This document shows positions 51,552 through 64,000 of a stretch of 64,000 nt of DNA, piece after piece. How positions within the stretch are numbered: the first letter of the stretch is position 1; each line of letters opens with the position of its first letter. The notes beneath the pieces are model-generated. The model did no database searches, had not been told where the DNA came from, and was given only the letters and a program-made list of their open reading frames with translations. The stretch lies in contig NC_042999.1 in the NCBI RefSeq assembly GCF_006345805.1, positions 16,120,001 to 16,184,000 of the forward strand, in the 5' to 3' direction. Position numbers and translations under genes: made by a program. Source of the stretch: Octopus sinensis (taxonomy: Eukaryota).

Positions 51552-53128
51552 TAATACAATATATATATATATATAAATGCAATGATTCAGTATGACTGTA
51601 GTCATAATGGCTTAAACAATCTACCAGTCTTATCCCTAATGAAAAGTTACCTTACAAAAAGAAAGTTGAAAAAAACAAATGGTGTAAAAGGAGTGCTACA
51701 GCTTGGTCTTACTCATGATAGAAGCAAACAAAAGGAGACAAAGAGCTAATCTACATTCAGAAACTTCCTGACAGAAATGATATACAAATAAATATACAAA
51801 TAAATAAATATAGAGGAGTGTACCAAGGGATATTGTAATCTCTCATCCACTAATTACCAAGGATCCTTTGTGGTTTAAGTAAAATGATTGTCGTTATTTA
51901 GTAATTATAAGAGCAGCCTAGCCAATCATCAGAACCAATGTTATTAAAGAAGATTCCAATGTAGAGATAGGAGATATTATTGTTTATTCTATTCTCACAA
52001 GGCAGAATCTTGGATATTATTATTAAGTCCTACATTTTTATTAGATTGATCTTAGAATTACAAGATAGCTAAGATATACACTCCAGCTTTATTTAAAACT
52101 ATAGTGTCATTTTTAGGCCAATCAGTAATAAGCTGATTAGATATTAGTATACTCTTCGATATAAAGCTAGTTTTGGGGAAGATTTAGCTGTGACAATTCT
52201 GCGTACAGAATTGCAGAGTGATTTTGGTTAAAAAAAAACAAAAAAAAACAGGTAAGACGAATGTGTGAAAGGGATTGGGTACATGTTATTGTCAAGTATG
52301 AGGCAGAAACAAATTCCCAAAAGATAGATTTTTTTTGGCACAACAGAGTAAATTATAATGCGACGTCCATTTCACTGAGAATAAAATAATCAACATATAG
52401 TTGCCAGCGTGGCTGTGTAGTGAGAAGTTTCTTTCTCAATCACATCGTTCCGAGTTCAGGCCCAGTGTGTGGCAACTTGGGTGAGTATCTTCTGCGATAG
52501 CCTTGGGCTGACCAAAGCCTTGTGAGTGGATTTGGTAGACAGAAACTGAAAAAACCCCATGATGATGATCATCATCATCATGATCATCATCATCAGCACT
52601 TAACGTCCGTTTTCCATGCTGGCATGGGTTGGAGGGTTTGACTGAGGATTGGAAAGCCAGGAGGCTGCACCAGGCTCCAATCTGATCTGGAAAAGGTTTC
52701 TACAGCTGGATGGCCTTCATATCGCCAACCACTCCGAGAATGCAGTGGGTGCTTTTTACATGTTACCAGCACAGGAGCCAGTCATGTGGCGCTGGCATCA
52801 ACCGCATTCGAATAGAGCGTTTTACATGCCACTTGCATGGGGAGCCAGTCATCATCATCATTATTGTTTAACGTCTGTTTTCCAGGCTAGCATGGGTTGA
52901 ACGGTTCAACTAGGGTCTGGGAAGCCAGGAGGCTGCACCAGGCTCCAGTCTGATCTGGCAGGGTTTCTACAGCTGGATGCTCTTCCTGTCACCAACCCTC
53001 ACTCGTTTCCAAGGAAGATAGTATTTCCCTATGGCTGGATATGTTTTCATACAAGACTACAAAACAAGGAGAATCCAATTCCATCATCACCTTCAGTCTC
53101 TTGATGACCACCAGAATAGTTTCCATAG

Positions 53129-53445
53129 CAGTGGTTCTCAGCTATTTTAAAATCTGAATCAGATTCAAAACCTAGATTTTTTTTAGGGGTCAGCACCAAA
53201 ATAGCAAAACACAGGTTGATTAAAGAAATGCTTATATTAGGTCGAGGAAGCAGTTTCTGTGCCATGTTAAAATAATGCTTTTTTATATATTTTTATGGTG
53301 TGTGTGTTCATTCAGTTCATTATTTTAACACGGCACGTAAACTTTTTCTTCATCCTAGTATTTATGCAAAGAAGACTGTTGAGGGCTGCTGAAAGGATGC
53401 TTGAAGAATATATGTGGCCCTGGGAGCCGTGGTTGAGAATTGCTG
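53129..53445. mobile_element. hAT-like MITE, old
   Basis: CAGTGGTTCTCAGC and rc CAGCAATTCTCAAC; no TSD match. Confidence 0.4.
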
Positions 53446-53469
53446 TTGTGTAAAGTCGGTGCTACAGTT

Positions 53470-54029
53470 CCTTTGGAACTTCAGCAAAAATTATGTCATT
53501 TCTCCTGACAACAACAAAGCCTTTGGCTGTGTTTTGGCATATTTTGGCAAGAGAATACCCTCCATCAGGCATTTGCCATATTCTAAATGCCTTACTTCCC
53601 TGGGTATTGAAATTCCGACGTCTGGCAGCTGACTTGGTAGACACCCATAAAATTATTAACCATCTTACTAACAATAACTCTGAGCACCTTTTCAAACTCC
53701 ACTTGTCTAACACCTGTGGGCATGTTTACAAAGTCAGAAAACAGCACAGCTCCCATAACTTTCGGAAACATTTTTTCACACTAAGAGTTGCTGAAGTATG
53801 GAACAAACTGCCGGCATCAGTTGTTAGTTGTCGGAGCACTGCATCCTTCAAAACTTCTATGCTTCCTGAGATTCGCCAACACTACACCTGATTTTCTCCC
53901 CTCCATACACACGCAAGCATGTATCTGACTCATACACTGTTCACTTCCCAGACATTTGTACATTACTGCATATGCTTTATATGCACTTTTGACAAGTTGT
54001 GGTGCACCTGAGCACTGTATACAATAATT

Positions 54030-54060
<31 letters not shown>
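53470..54060 (+). mobile_element. CR1-clade LINE 3' end
   Basis: RRLAADLVDTHKII...GHVYKVRKQ...FFTLRVAEVWNKLPASVV...FK*, then a 3' UTR and (ATT)n; UTR copy at 58215-58375. Confidence 0.88.
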
Positions 54061-54078
<18 letters not shown>

Positions 54079-54080
54079 CA

Positions 54081-54352
54081 TTCAGTAGTTTTATTTTTAT
54101 AGCGTGCTTTCACTTCACTACCAAGCATAGCTCTGTGTGCTTTGGGTATGTGCTGTGATTTGTTGTGATGTTCTGATGGTTATTGTATTGAAAGTGTTCT
54201 ATGTAGGATGTGTGCAGTGCCTAGTAGTGCAATTTCCTGTATGTTATATGTGTTTGTAAGTCCTGGTGTTTTTGTTATGTATTTGTCTGAATATTTTTTT
54301 ATCATGTCTAATGCACCTACTATGATAGGAATTGTTTCTGTTTTTAGATTCC
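54081..54352 (-). mobile_element. R4/Dong-like non-LTR element 3' end in (TAA)n
   Basis: IPIIVGALDMIKK...PGL...IQEIALLGTAHILHRTLSIQ*; (TAA)n on both sides. Confidence 0.82.
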
Positions 54353-54426
<74 letters not shown>

Positions 54427-55212
54427 TATTATTATTATTATGTCATTTCCTTGGCAGAGTTATCTACTTACAGACCTACTCAGGAAAGTGGGGTACTGTG
54501 GCAGTGCTGTATCAGCCACTAGGCAAAATAAACACGTGCTTAGCACATCAAAGGAAGGGGACCACCACAGAAATGGTAAATGGTTTACAATACAAAAGAA
54601 ATCCTTTTAAACTTTCTAAAATAATATTCAAAACGGTGTTTAAGATTAGCATTCAGTGCTGATTATAAAAGATATTAGTCAGGATAATTACTAGGGCTTG
54701 TATCACTTGTGCTGGGACCACATGACAAAGCACCATGATGGTGCTACATGTAAGGCATTGGTGCTGGTGGTACATAAAAGAGTACCTCCTATTACTCTGT
54801 AAAATGGTTGGCATTATGAAGGGCATGCAGCCATAGAAACCATGCCAAAACAGATAACTGGAGCTTAGTGCAGCCCTCCAGCTTGCTAGCTCCTGCCAAA
54901 CCGTCCAACCTATATCGGAATGGAAAACAGACATTAAATGATGACGATGATGAGTTTGATACTGCTGCTGCTGCTGCTGTTGTTGTTATTGTTGTTAAGC
55001 AACAAGATGGGTAAAGGTGATTAGGTGATGATCTAGGGCTTAGGGGCAGGAGACCCCAGACCTTGGAAAAAAACCCAAAAAACTTTGGTCGTCTTGTTGT
55101 AGTCAAGGGCTCTTCGTTGACGCCCGACACCACTGGGTGGTGGCCCTCGAAGTCGCTGGAAATGGAGATATCCAGGTCCAAATTCTTGGACGGTTGCTGC
55201 TACTGCTGTGTG

Positions 55213-55247
<35 letters not shown>

Positions 55248-55269
55248 GTGATGGTGATGATGATAATGG

Positions 55270-55306
<37 letters not shown>

Positions 55307-55856
55307 ACAAAACAAAAAAAATTCCCTAATTCATAGAAAACCGAGTTCTATTGGCCCCACTTTTTGATCGGAATTCGCCCCCACCACATTTTTTTCCTTC
55401 TTCCCAAAAAGAAAAGCTCTGCCTTGTATTTTGCCCCTTCTGTGTTCAGCCCTGCGTGGCCAATAAATAAATCTATAAGAGGTTTGCATAGTTACGTCTG
55501 TGTGTGTGTGTGTGTAGCAGGGAATTGTCTAACATACATATCAGTGGCTACAAGCTTCCACATCCAGTGAAGTTTGAGTTATGGCAATTACATTACTACA
55601 ATGTACAAATAATAAGACACAACTCATTGATGTGGGTCCAGAAACCATTAACTAATACACATGTGAATGAAGCCAGCCCCTTGCATTCAGCAAGGTTTGC
55701 TTCTTTAGAAGGACTATATTAATACCAACAATAACTCGTAACACACCCAGGAGATAAATCAATGAGTTTTATTATTATTATTATTATTATTATTATAATA
55801 ATAATTATTATTATTATTATTATTGTTATTATTACCATTATTATTATTATTATTCT

Positions 55857-56160
55857 ATGTTTGACTTTTGCTTTATGTCTGTACAAGTTGGCTCCAAGTC
55901 TCACCCAGAGACCTCAAGAGACAACAGTCTGGAAGTTCACGTTGGTGTTATGCCTAGTGTGCCATATATTTGGGTCTTTTTGGGGGGGTGTTGTACTAGT
56001 GAATGTCTAATACATAAATTAAAAAAAAAAAAAGTTTGTTTTAAACCTTGGGATTACATAGAGAGTATTTTGCGTAGGATATGAGCAGTTCCCATGAGCA
56101 CTATCTTTTGAATTTCTGTCATTTTGGGGTTTCCTAGTATCTGAGCTAGGTAGCAATCAG
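55857..56160 (-). mobile_element. Second R4/Dong-like family 3' end in (TAA)n
   Basis: ILGNPKMTEIQKIVLMGTAHILRKILSM*; different UTR from 54081-54352; (TAA)n on both sides. Confidence 0.8.
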
Positions 56161-56619
56161 CCCCATTATTATTATTGTTATTATTATTATTATTATTATC
56201 ATTATTATTATTATTATTATGAATGTATTATTGACTATAATAATAATAATATGTTGATATAATGAATAATAATAGTATATTTTTAATAATAAGATATTAT
56301 TCATTGGTGTGCATATTAATAATATACACATGAATGAGAATAGCATTTCTACAATCAGTGATTCAGTACAAAAGTCATCAATATTAGAAATTATAATAAT
56401 TGCAAAGGGAATTGCCTGTTTATCATTTTGATGTAGCTAATTCTTGTTTAGGAAATGTGCCTTCATAAATCATTTGGGGTGGGAGGCGGGGGAGAGAAGA
56501 AGGGCAATAATTCAATGAGATTAAAATTTGTGTAAAAGTACAGCGAACTTGTGGTTTTGTTTTTTTTTTGTTTTTTTTGCAAAGGTCAAGTGATTCCTAC
56601 ACAAAATTCTATTCATCCA

Positions 56620-56732
56620 CTCAATATTATCATTGTTGTTGACATTGTTATCATTGTTATTGTCGTCGTCGTCATCATTGTCATCATCATCATTATTGTC
56701 ATTATCATCATTATAATCATCATCAACATCGA

Positions 56733-56768
<36 letters not shown>

Positions 56769-56776
56769 TATCATCC

Positions 56777-56812
<36 letters not shown>

Positions 56813-56899
56813 CCTTCGTCGTCGTTGTCGTCTTCATCATCATCATCATCATCATCATTGTCATTATCATCACCATCATCATCATCATCATTATCATCC

Positions 56900-56946
<47 letters not shown>

Positions 56947-57025
56947 TTCGTCGTCGTTGTCGTCTTCATCATCATCATCATTGTCATTATCATCACCATC
57001 ATCATCATCATCATCATTATCATCC

Positions 57026-57060
<35 letters not shown>

Positions 57061-57145
57061 TTCGTCGTCGTTGTCGTCTTCATCATCATCATCATTGTCA
57101 TTATCATCATTATAATCATCATCAACATCGGCATCATATTCATTG

Positions 57146-57177
<32 letters not shown>

Positions 57178-57505
57178 TTTATTCTCCTCCACCTCCTCAT
57201 CGTCATTGTCATCATTATCATCATCATTGTCATCACCGTCATCACCATCATCTTCATTGCCATTGTTTTTCTCATCATCTTCAACTTTATTGTCACCTCA
57301 TCCCTGCTATCATCATCATCAGCGTCGTCGTCATCGTAATCATTATCAGCATTGTCATCACTGTCATCACCATCATCATAATCATGATCATCATCATCAC
57401 CATCATCATCATCACCGTCGTCATCGTCATCATTATCATCATCACCCTCATTACTATCATCATCATCATCATCATCGTCGTCGTTGTCGCTCTCATCATT
57501 GTTGA
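56620..57505. repeat. (ATC)n-based repeat with a ~120-bp higher-order unit
   Basis: Directly visible. Confidence 0.92.
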
Positions 57506-57788
57506 TATATTTTAAAGTCTGTTTTGCCCATGTTGGAATTGGTCAGACAGAATTTGCTGAAGCAGATTTTCTGTAGGTAGATGCTGTAGAAAATCCTCCT
57601 CCAAAAAGAGATCCTTTCCCCATCTCTCACTTATTTCTAAGATTAGAAATGAATGTTACAATTATGCATGACATCAGGACAAGGAATCATGCATGCACAC
57701 ATCCATCCACAAATGTGCATGTATATACACATAAACACACACATATATATATATACACACACACACATATACATATATGCATGCATAA

Positions 57789-57836
<48 letters not shown>

Positions 57837-57972
57837 TGAGGGAGATAAATTAATATTAATTTTAATATCAATTTAAAACCAGTAGTCCAGCATACAAAAA
57901 TCTGAGGAGTCAGAGAAAATTCTAATATTTCTAGTATACGGCCGACTCCCTAGCAGTAAGCCCTGCCAATAT

Positions 57973-58022
<50 letters not shown>

Positions 58023-58168
58023 TATTGAAAATTGGGAGGGTCATTTTGCAGGTAATAATATACACATCGACTGTTTCAGTTCTTTATTGCTATTGCTAGT
58101 TAATGGGTTAATTACTCTGCAAACAAATTTATCAATGAGCTGTTTTTTACTAGTATTTCTTTCAACAC

Positions 58169-58204
<36 letters not shown>

Positions 58205-58233
58205 CCATGCTTCAAGCAAACTACAATACTCTC

Positions 58234-58274
<41 letters not shown>

Positions 58275-58579
58275 CATATATAGACATTTATACATTGCTG
58301 TATATACTTTATACGCACTTCTGACAAGTTGTAGTGCACCTGAGCACTGTATACAATAATTTTATTATTATTATATAGTTTGTCTTAACTGATGAGATGC
58401 CAGAGCAGACTTCAGCCCGGGTGTCTGAAACTCTGAATTTTACAATGACAACCAACTAATGGTCACATATTATATTTATAGATAAATTCCTCTATTTTAC
58501 ATAATATCGAGGATTCATTCATTCTTTTGTTGTCATATTATTATTATTAATATATATATATAAAATATATAAAATATAT

Positions 58580-58845
58580 TGGTACAACAATGCACTATAA
58601 TAACAACAATGAACTATAATGACTGTTGTAATTTAATTCCGGAGGGAGCTTCAAGAGACTACTGCAGAAAAGATTCCGAGAAAAAAAAAATGTTGGAAAA
58701 CCGATTGTAAGAGTGACTCGATCAGTTCCTAGGGATATCTGAAGAAGGAATTTTTGTATTCTGAAATATTATATCAGGCTATAGATGATTAAATTATAAC
58801 AGTTATTATAGTCCATTGGTGTTATTATAGTGCATTGTTGTACCA
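58580..58845. mobile_element. Fold-back PLE remnant with 58-bp arms
   Basis: Arms at 58580-58637 and 58788-58845 enclose the hammerhead at 58734-58775. Confidence 0.7.
58734..58775 (+). ncRNA. Decayed minimal hammerhead (family also at 17136-17172, minus strand)
   Basis: GAUAU-CUGAAGA-A-GGAAU uuuugu AUUCU-GAAA-uauu-AUAUC; the changes fit CpG decay of CCGAAACGUU. Confidence 0.6.
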
Positions 58846-59226
58846 TTCAAAACACGTTATATTTTACACACAATACACAACACTTCAAGCGAACTACAAT
58901 ACTCTCCTGTATATATATATATATATATACATATATTTCATCATAATCATCATCATCACCATCTTTGTTTAACATCCATTTTCCATGGGTTGGACGGTTC
59001 GACTGGGATCTGGGAAACCAGGAGGGTGCACCAGACTCCAGTCTGATCTGGTAGTGTTTCTGCAACTGGATGCTCTTCCTAACGCCAACCACTCCATGAG
59101 TGTAGTGGGTGCTTTTTATGTGCCACCGGCACAGGGGCCAGAGGAGGCCGGCAACAACCATGATTGGTTGGTGCTTTTTACATGCCACCGGCATGGAAGC
59201 CAGTCAAGGAGGTATATATATATGTG

Positions 59227-59288
<62 letters not shown>

Positions 59289-59532
59289 CACACACATTGA
59301 GTTTCCTGCTGCAAAATCCGCTTTAGTTGGCTCGAAGCTACAACAGCAGCTCCTTGCACAAGGTGCCATTCACTGAGACAGAACCCAAAACCATATGGAT
59401 AAAGAGAAGAGTGTTCTTGATGAAATGCCAATTCAGACTTCTATAATGACAGAAATAAGTCATCATAAAACAAATGGAAATAGTAAAAAGACAGAGCTCA
59501 GACAACAATTATAAACAGTGAATATATAATAG

Positions 59533-59780
59533 TGGAGGTGCGTGGCCTAGTGGTTAGGGTGTCAGCATCATGAACGTAAGATTGTGGTTTCGATTCCTGG
59601 ACCGGGCGACACATTGTGTTCTTGAGCAAAACACTTCATTTCACGTTGCTCCAGTCCACTCCGCTGGCAAAAATGAGTAACACTGTGATGGACTGGCATC
59701 CCGTCCAGCAGGGGAACACATATGCCACTGAAACCTAGAAACCGGGCCCTTGAGCCTGGCTAGGCTTTAAAAGGGCGCAA
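59533..59780 (+). mobile_element. tRNA-derived SINE family E with CORE-like and V-like domains
   Basis: A/B boxes, TTCTTGAGCAAAACACTT, and GATGGACTGGCATCCCGTCCAG. Confidence 0.8.
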
Positions 59781-59835
59781 AAGAAAAGAAAAAAGAATAT
59801 TTAACATCAGATAGTACAATATTATTTTATCACAG

Positions 59836-60152
59836 TATTGTAATACTAGAAAGAGAAATAACTACCAACTACCTCCACCAAGGTAAATGAAACTCTAAAA
59901 CGGACAACACAAATATTTCGAAGAAAATTTTCACCAGATTATCTGTGACTCTGAATTTCTGATATCTTAACTAAGACATAAACTTTAAAAAAACGACAGA
60001 GAACATTTGTGTGTCGGGCTAGTTTGGAGTAGAAGCAAAATAACCATTTTCCTGTTTCCATGTTGTCTAAAGTGTAACCTTCCACACCAATGGTATTCTG
60101 TTCATTCTACTATTTCAGGAAGAAGTAATCAGTGGAGGAAGCTCACTGAAAC
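59836..60152 (+). CDS. Two short candidate exons of an unidentified gene (59836-59882 and 60119-60152)
   Basis: Strong splice sites (tttatcacag / caag|gtaaat; tatttcag / aac|gtaagt). The phase-compatible join reads IVILEREITTNYLHQGRSNQWRKLTE. Confidence 0.3.
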
Positions 60153-61515
60153 GTAAGTCTCCTCCTATGAAATGTTATCAGTTTCTCAGCAAAACTAACT
60201 GAACCAGTTTTGGTTTAATAAGAATAGTGTTCATCATAAACTTGTAATGTCATCTGGTGAAACTTTGAAATTGTGGGAATTGCATAAATCATCAGTTGGT
60301 GGTTTTTTTTTTGCTCAAAGTATTCAAGACCAGGGAAAGTTTTGGAAGAAAAAATTTATACCCTCTCTTACTCTTTTACCCTTTTTTACTTGTTTCAGTC
60401 ATTTGACTGTGGCCATGCTGGAGCACTGCCTTTAGTCGAGTAAATCGACCCCAGGACTTATTCTTTTGTAAGCCTAGTACTTATTCTATTGGGAACTCTT
60501 TTGCCGAACCGCTAGATTACGGGGACGTAAACACACTGGTATCGGTTGTCAAGTGATGTTGGGGGGGACAAACACAGACACACAAACACACACACACACG
60601 TGCGCACACACACACACACACACACATACATACACACACACACACATACACACACACACGCATGCATACACACACACACATGCATATATATATATACGAC
60701 ATTGTTGTTAACAAACTTGATGCCATGCTTTTCCTTCAAAAGAGAAAGAGAGAGGATTAGCTTTTAGAGACAAAAGCCTCATTGTTCGAGAAAGATGCCT
60801 TTATGAATAAAGAAAAGCCTCTCAAATTAAAAAGGAATGCATGCAAGCTCATTACTTACCATCTGATAATTAAAACAAGTTGTGTTGATCAAGTTAGAGA
60901 GGCTATTCTAACTGAATGGGAATTTTCAAAATGCTACAGCATGGTCGTAGACACACCTTGTTTATCACACAGAACGAACAGGAGTGGTATTACAATAGAT
61001 TCATCCAAAATGAAAATTACTTGCCAATTTGGAGTAAAAGAGTAACATCTTAATTATTTTTATTGCAATCAAATGAAAGGCAACGATGTGACTTGATTAA
61101 TATTTGATAGCCTAAAAACCCCCATGATACTCCATTCTCTGGTCTGTTTGTGGCCAAGGCTAGGATAACAGGAATAACATGTCTGGTCACAATAAAGACT
61201 GGCTGGACATTTTATTATTCATTGGCTGTATTTTTCATCTTGCGCTTGTCATGGGTTAAACTTATTTGGAATTAGGGCAGCTGAATCCTCCCCTTCTTCC
61301 TCCTCCTCCTCGTCCTCATCATCATCATCATCATTGTCGTCATCATCATCATCGTCATCATCATCACCACCACCCCACCTCCACCGCCACATCCACCACC
61401 ACCACCACCACCGCTGCCACCACCACCACTGCCACCACCACCACTGCCACCGCCGCCACCGCCACCGCCGCGGCCACCGCCATCGCCATCGCCTTCGTCG
61501 TCGTCGTCGTCGTCG

Positions 61516-61564
<49 letters not shown>

Positions 61565-62579
61565 TTACAGTCCATTTTCCATGCTGGCATGGGTCGGATG
61601 ACTTGACAGGAACTGGCAAGGCTTAAAGCTGCACCAGGTTCCATTGTCTGTTTCGGCTTGGTTTCTATGGCCTGATGTCCTTCCTAATGCCAACCATTCC
61701 ACAAAGTGTACTGGGTGCTTTTTACATCCTACCATCACCAGTGCTTTTTATGTGACATCAGCATCCACACCAATGCTTTTTACATGGCACCTTGGTTTCA
61801 GCATTTCAATTCTGTTGCAGTCGGTAGGCCTCCTTGAGTACATAATGCAGCACATATTTTGGTCCTCTGGTGTCTCCTTTGTAAGTGTCAGCATTTTGAG
61901 ATCAGCCTTCAGTACTTCATCCCATGTCTTCCTGGGTCTCCCTCATGATCACTACTTCCTTTATATCGGTCCAGGATCTCTGCAGCATACTTTTCAGTAG
62001 ACCACAACAAAGGCAAATTATAAAAAGAAATTGTAGGAATTTCACAACATGCTACCTTTGATCTTTGATAGTCAACAAGAGCAAAGCATATTAAACCTGT
62101 TGAACTCACATTTGTGGCCAACAATAAGCATTTCTCCCCTTAACTTCAGAAACTATTTCAACATAGGTACAGGAGTGGCTGTGTGGTAAGTAGCTTGCTT
62201 ACCAACCACATGGTTCTGGGTTCAGTCCTACTGCATGACACATTGGGCAAGTGTCTTCTACTATAGCCTCGGGCTGACCAAAGCTTTGTGAATGGATTTG
62301 GTAGATGAAAACTGAAAGAAGCCCGTCATATATATATATATCATCATCATCGTTTAACGTCCGTTTTCCATGCTGGCATGGGGTGGACGGTTTGACCGGG
62401 CTTTGGAAGCCAGGAGACTGCGCCAGGCTCCAGTCTGATCTGGTAGTGTTTCTATGGCTGGATGCCCTTCCTAATGCCAACCACTCCGTGAGTGTAGTGG
62501 GTGCTTTTTACGTGCCACTGGCACAGGGGCCAGGGGAGGCTGGCAGCAGCAAAGTATTTCCCACAAGATTGTTGTGATC

Positions 62580-62612
<33 letters not shown>

Positions 62613-62989
62613 AATGAATCTGCTAACTTGCTACTTTCATCATTTCAAATATTCCAAGACAGTTTCTCTACTTCTGCTTCTTATTTCAATAATTCATTTG
62701 GATTGGTTCGGAAACATTCTGAAATAGAATCTGATCAGATTGAGCCCAATGTTAATCAATTGTGTGAAATATATCAATATATCAATTCATATAAAAGATG
62801 AAATATTTCATTTAAAATCAATACTCGAACCATATATTTCTCCAAATCAAATTCCTTTACCAATTGAATTATTAAACAAATTTACTGAACTACATCTCGT
62901 AGTACTATTCCATAATATAATTAAAGCGCTTTGGATATTTTTCTTGTTTAATGGTCACAGTTGGATAGACAGAAAGATCTATCTGTGTC

Positions 62990-63590
62990 AGGGCAGCAAG
63001 CTGGCAGAAACGTTAGCTCGCCGGGTGAAATGCTTAGCGGTATTTTGTCTGCCGCTACGTTCTGAGTTCAAATTCTGCCAAGGTCGACTTTGCCTTTCAT
63101 CCTTTCGGGGTCGATCAATTAAGTACCAGTTATGCACTGGGGTCGATGTAATCGACTTAATACCTATGTCTGTCCTTGTTTGTCCCCTCTGTGTTTAGCC
63201 CCTTGTGGGTAATAAAGAAATAGGTATTTTGTCTGCCGCTATGTTCTGAGTTCAAATTCTGCCAAGGTCGACTTTGCCTTTCATCCTTTCGGGGTCGATA
63301 AATTAAGTACCAGTTACACACTGGGGTCGATGTAATCGACTTAATACCTATGTCTGTCCTTGTTTGTCCCCTCTGTGTTTAGCCCCTTGTGGGTAATAAA
63401 GAAATAGGTATTTTGTCTGCCGCTATGTTCTGAGTTCAAATTCTGCCAAGGTCAACTTTGCCTTTCATCCTTTCGGGGTCGATCAATTAAGTACCAGTTA
63501 CATACTGGGGTCGATATAATCGACTTAATCTCTTTTTCTGTCCTTGTTTGTCCCCTCTATGTTTAACCCCTTTGGACAATAAAGAAATAA
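62990..63590 (+). mobile_element. SINE family B trimer with 184-bp units
   Basis: Units start at 63040, 63224 and 63408; junction AAAGAAATAG|GTATTTTGTCTG. Confidence 0.92.
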
Positions 63591-64000
63591 GAAAGATCTA
63601 TCAGTGTTTTACCCTGTAAGGTAGGATTCATGGCAGACGAACTGCAGACAGATACTTCTCTGTGGGCTTGCTAGGAAGTTGGTCAGCAGGAAAGAAGAGG
63701 ACTTCCAGGTGGAGAATGATAACAGAAGAATGTCAGCAGCATGTGTGAAATGAATTTGAGGGAACTATACAAAAATAACTGATGACTTAAGCCCTATTGT
63801 ACCTAAAGTAATAAACCTTTAGTAAATGCATACTTATCTCCACTGGTTTGTTTATGTATAACTTCACAAAGCTATAAGCCCATATTAAGAATATATGTAT
63901 GTGTGTGTATATGTTTGTGGGAGTGGTTGTGTGGTAAGTAGCTTACCACAGTAAGAAACTGAAAGAAGGCTGTCATATTTATGTATATATATATATATGT

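Noticed and set aside
56521-57192. Asp-rich ORF resembling acidic shell-matrix proteins
   Set aside because: (ATC)n repeat; ORFs occur in several frames on both strands.
60782-62960. Protein-like plus-strand ORFs at 60782-61045 and 62590-62960
   Set aside because: No recognisable motif or consistent splice structure; unresolved without a search.
63040-63590. Regular repeats suggesting a CRISPR array
   Set aside because: 184-bp SINE-derived units with no unique spacers; eukaryotic context and no cas genes.

Overview
Eukaryotic, very AT-rich, repeat-saturated genomic DNA. The SINE families, the RTE LINE and the microsatellite load resemble an octopus/coleoid cephalopod; this is recognition from memory, not a database result. 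I find no intact protein-coding gene, rRNA, true tRNA or CRISPR array. Most listed ORFs are microsatellite or SINE artefacts. The window holds several tRNA-derived SINE families, 3' ends of RTE, CR1 and R4/Dong LINEs, non-autonomous Helitrons, Tc1/mariner and hAT MITEs, and many Penelope-like element (PLE) remnants. The main signal is about 20 type I hammerhead ribozyme (HHR) motifs from several unrelated families. About six are intact or nearly so, and their stem III sequences differ but stay self-complementary. They occur in fold-back mini-elements, in tandem ~297-bp monomers with a variant core (CUGUUGA), and as the 3' module of a tRNA-headed SINE. The unique DNA between repeats at about 14.9-35.4 kb reads as a decayed minus-strand NACHT/LRR (NLR-like) gene, at moderate to low confidence. 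Coordinates were counted by hand; repeat edges may be off by a few bases.
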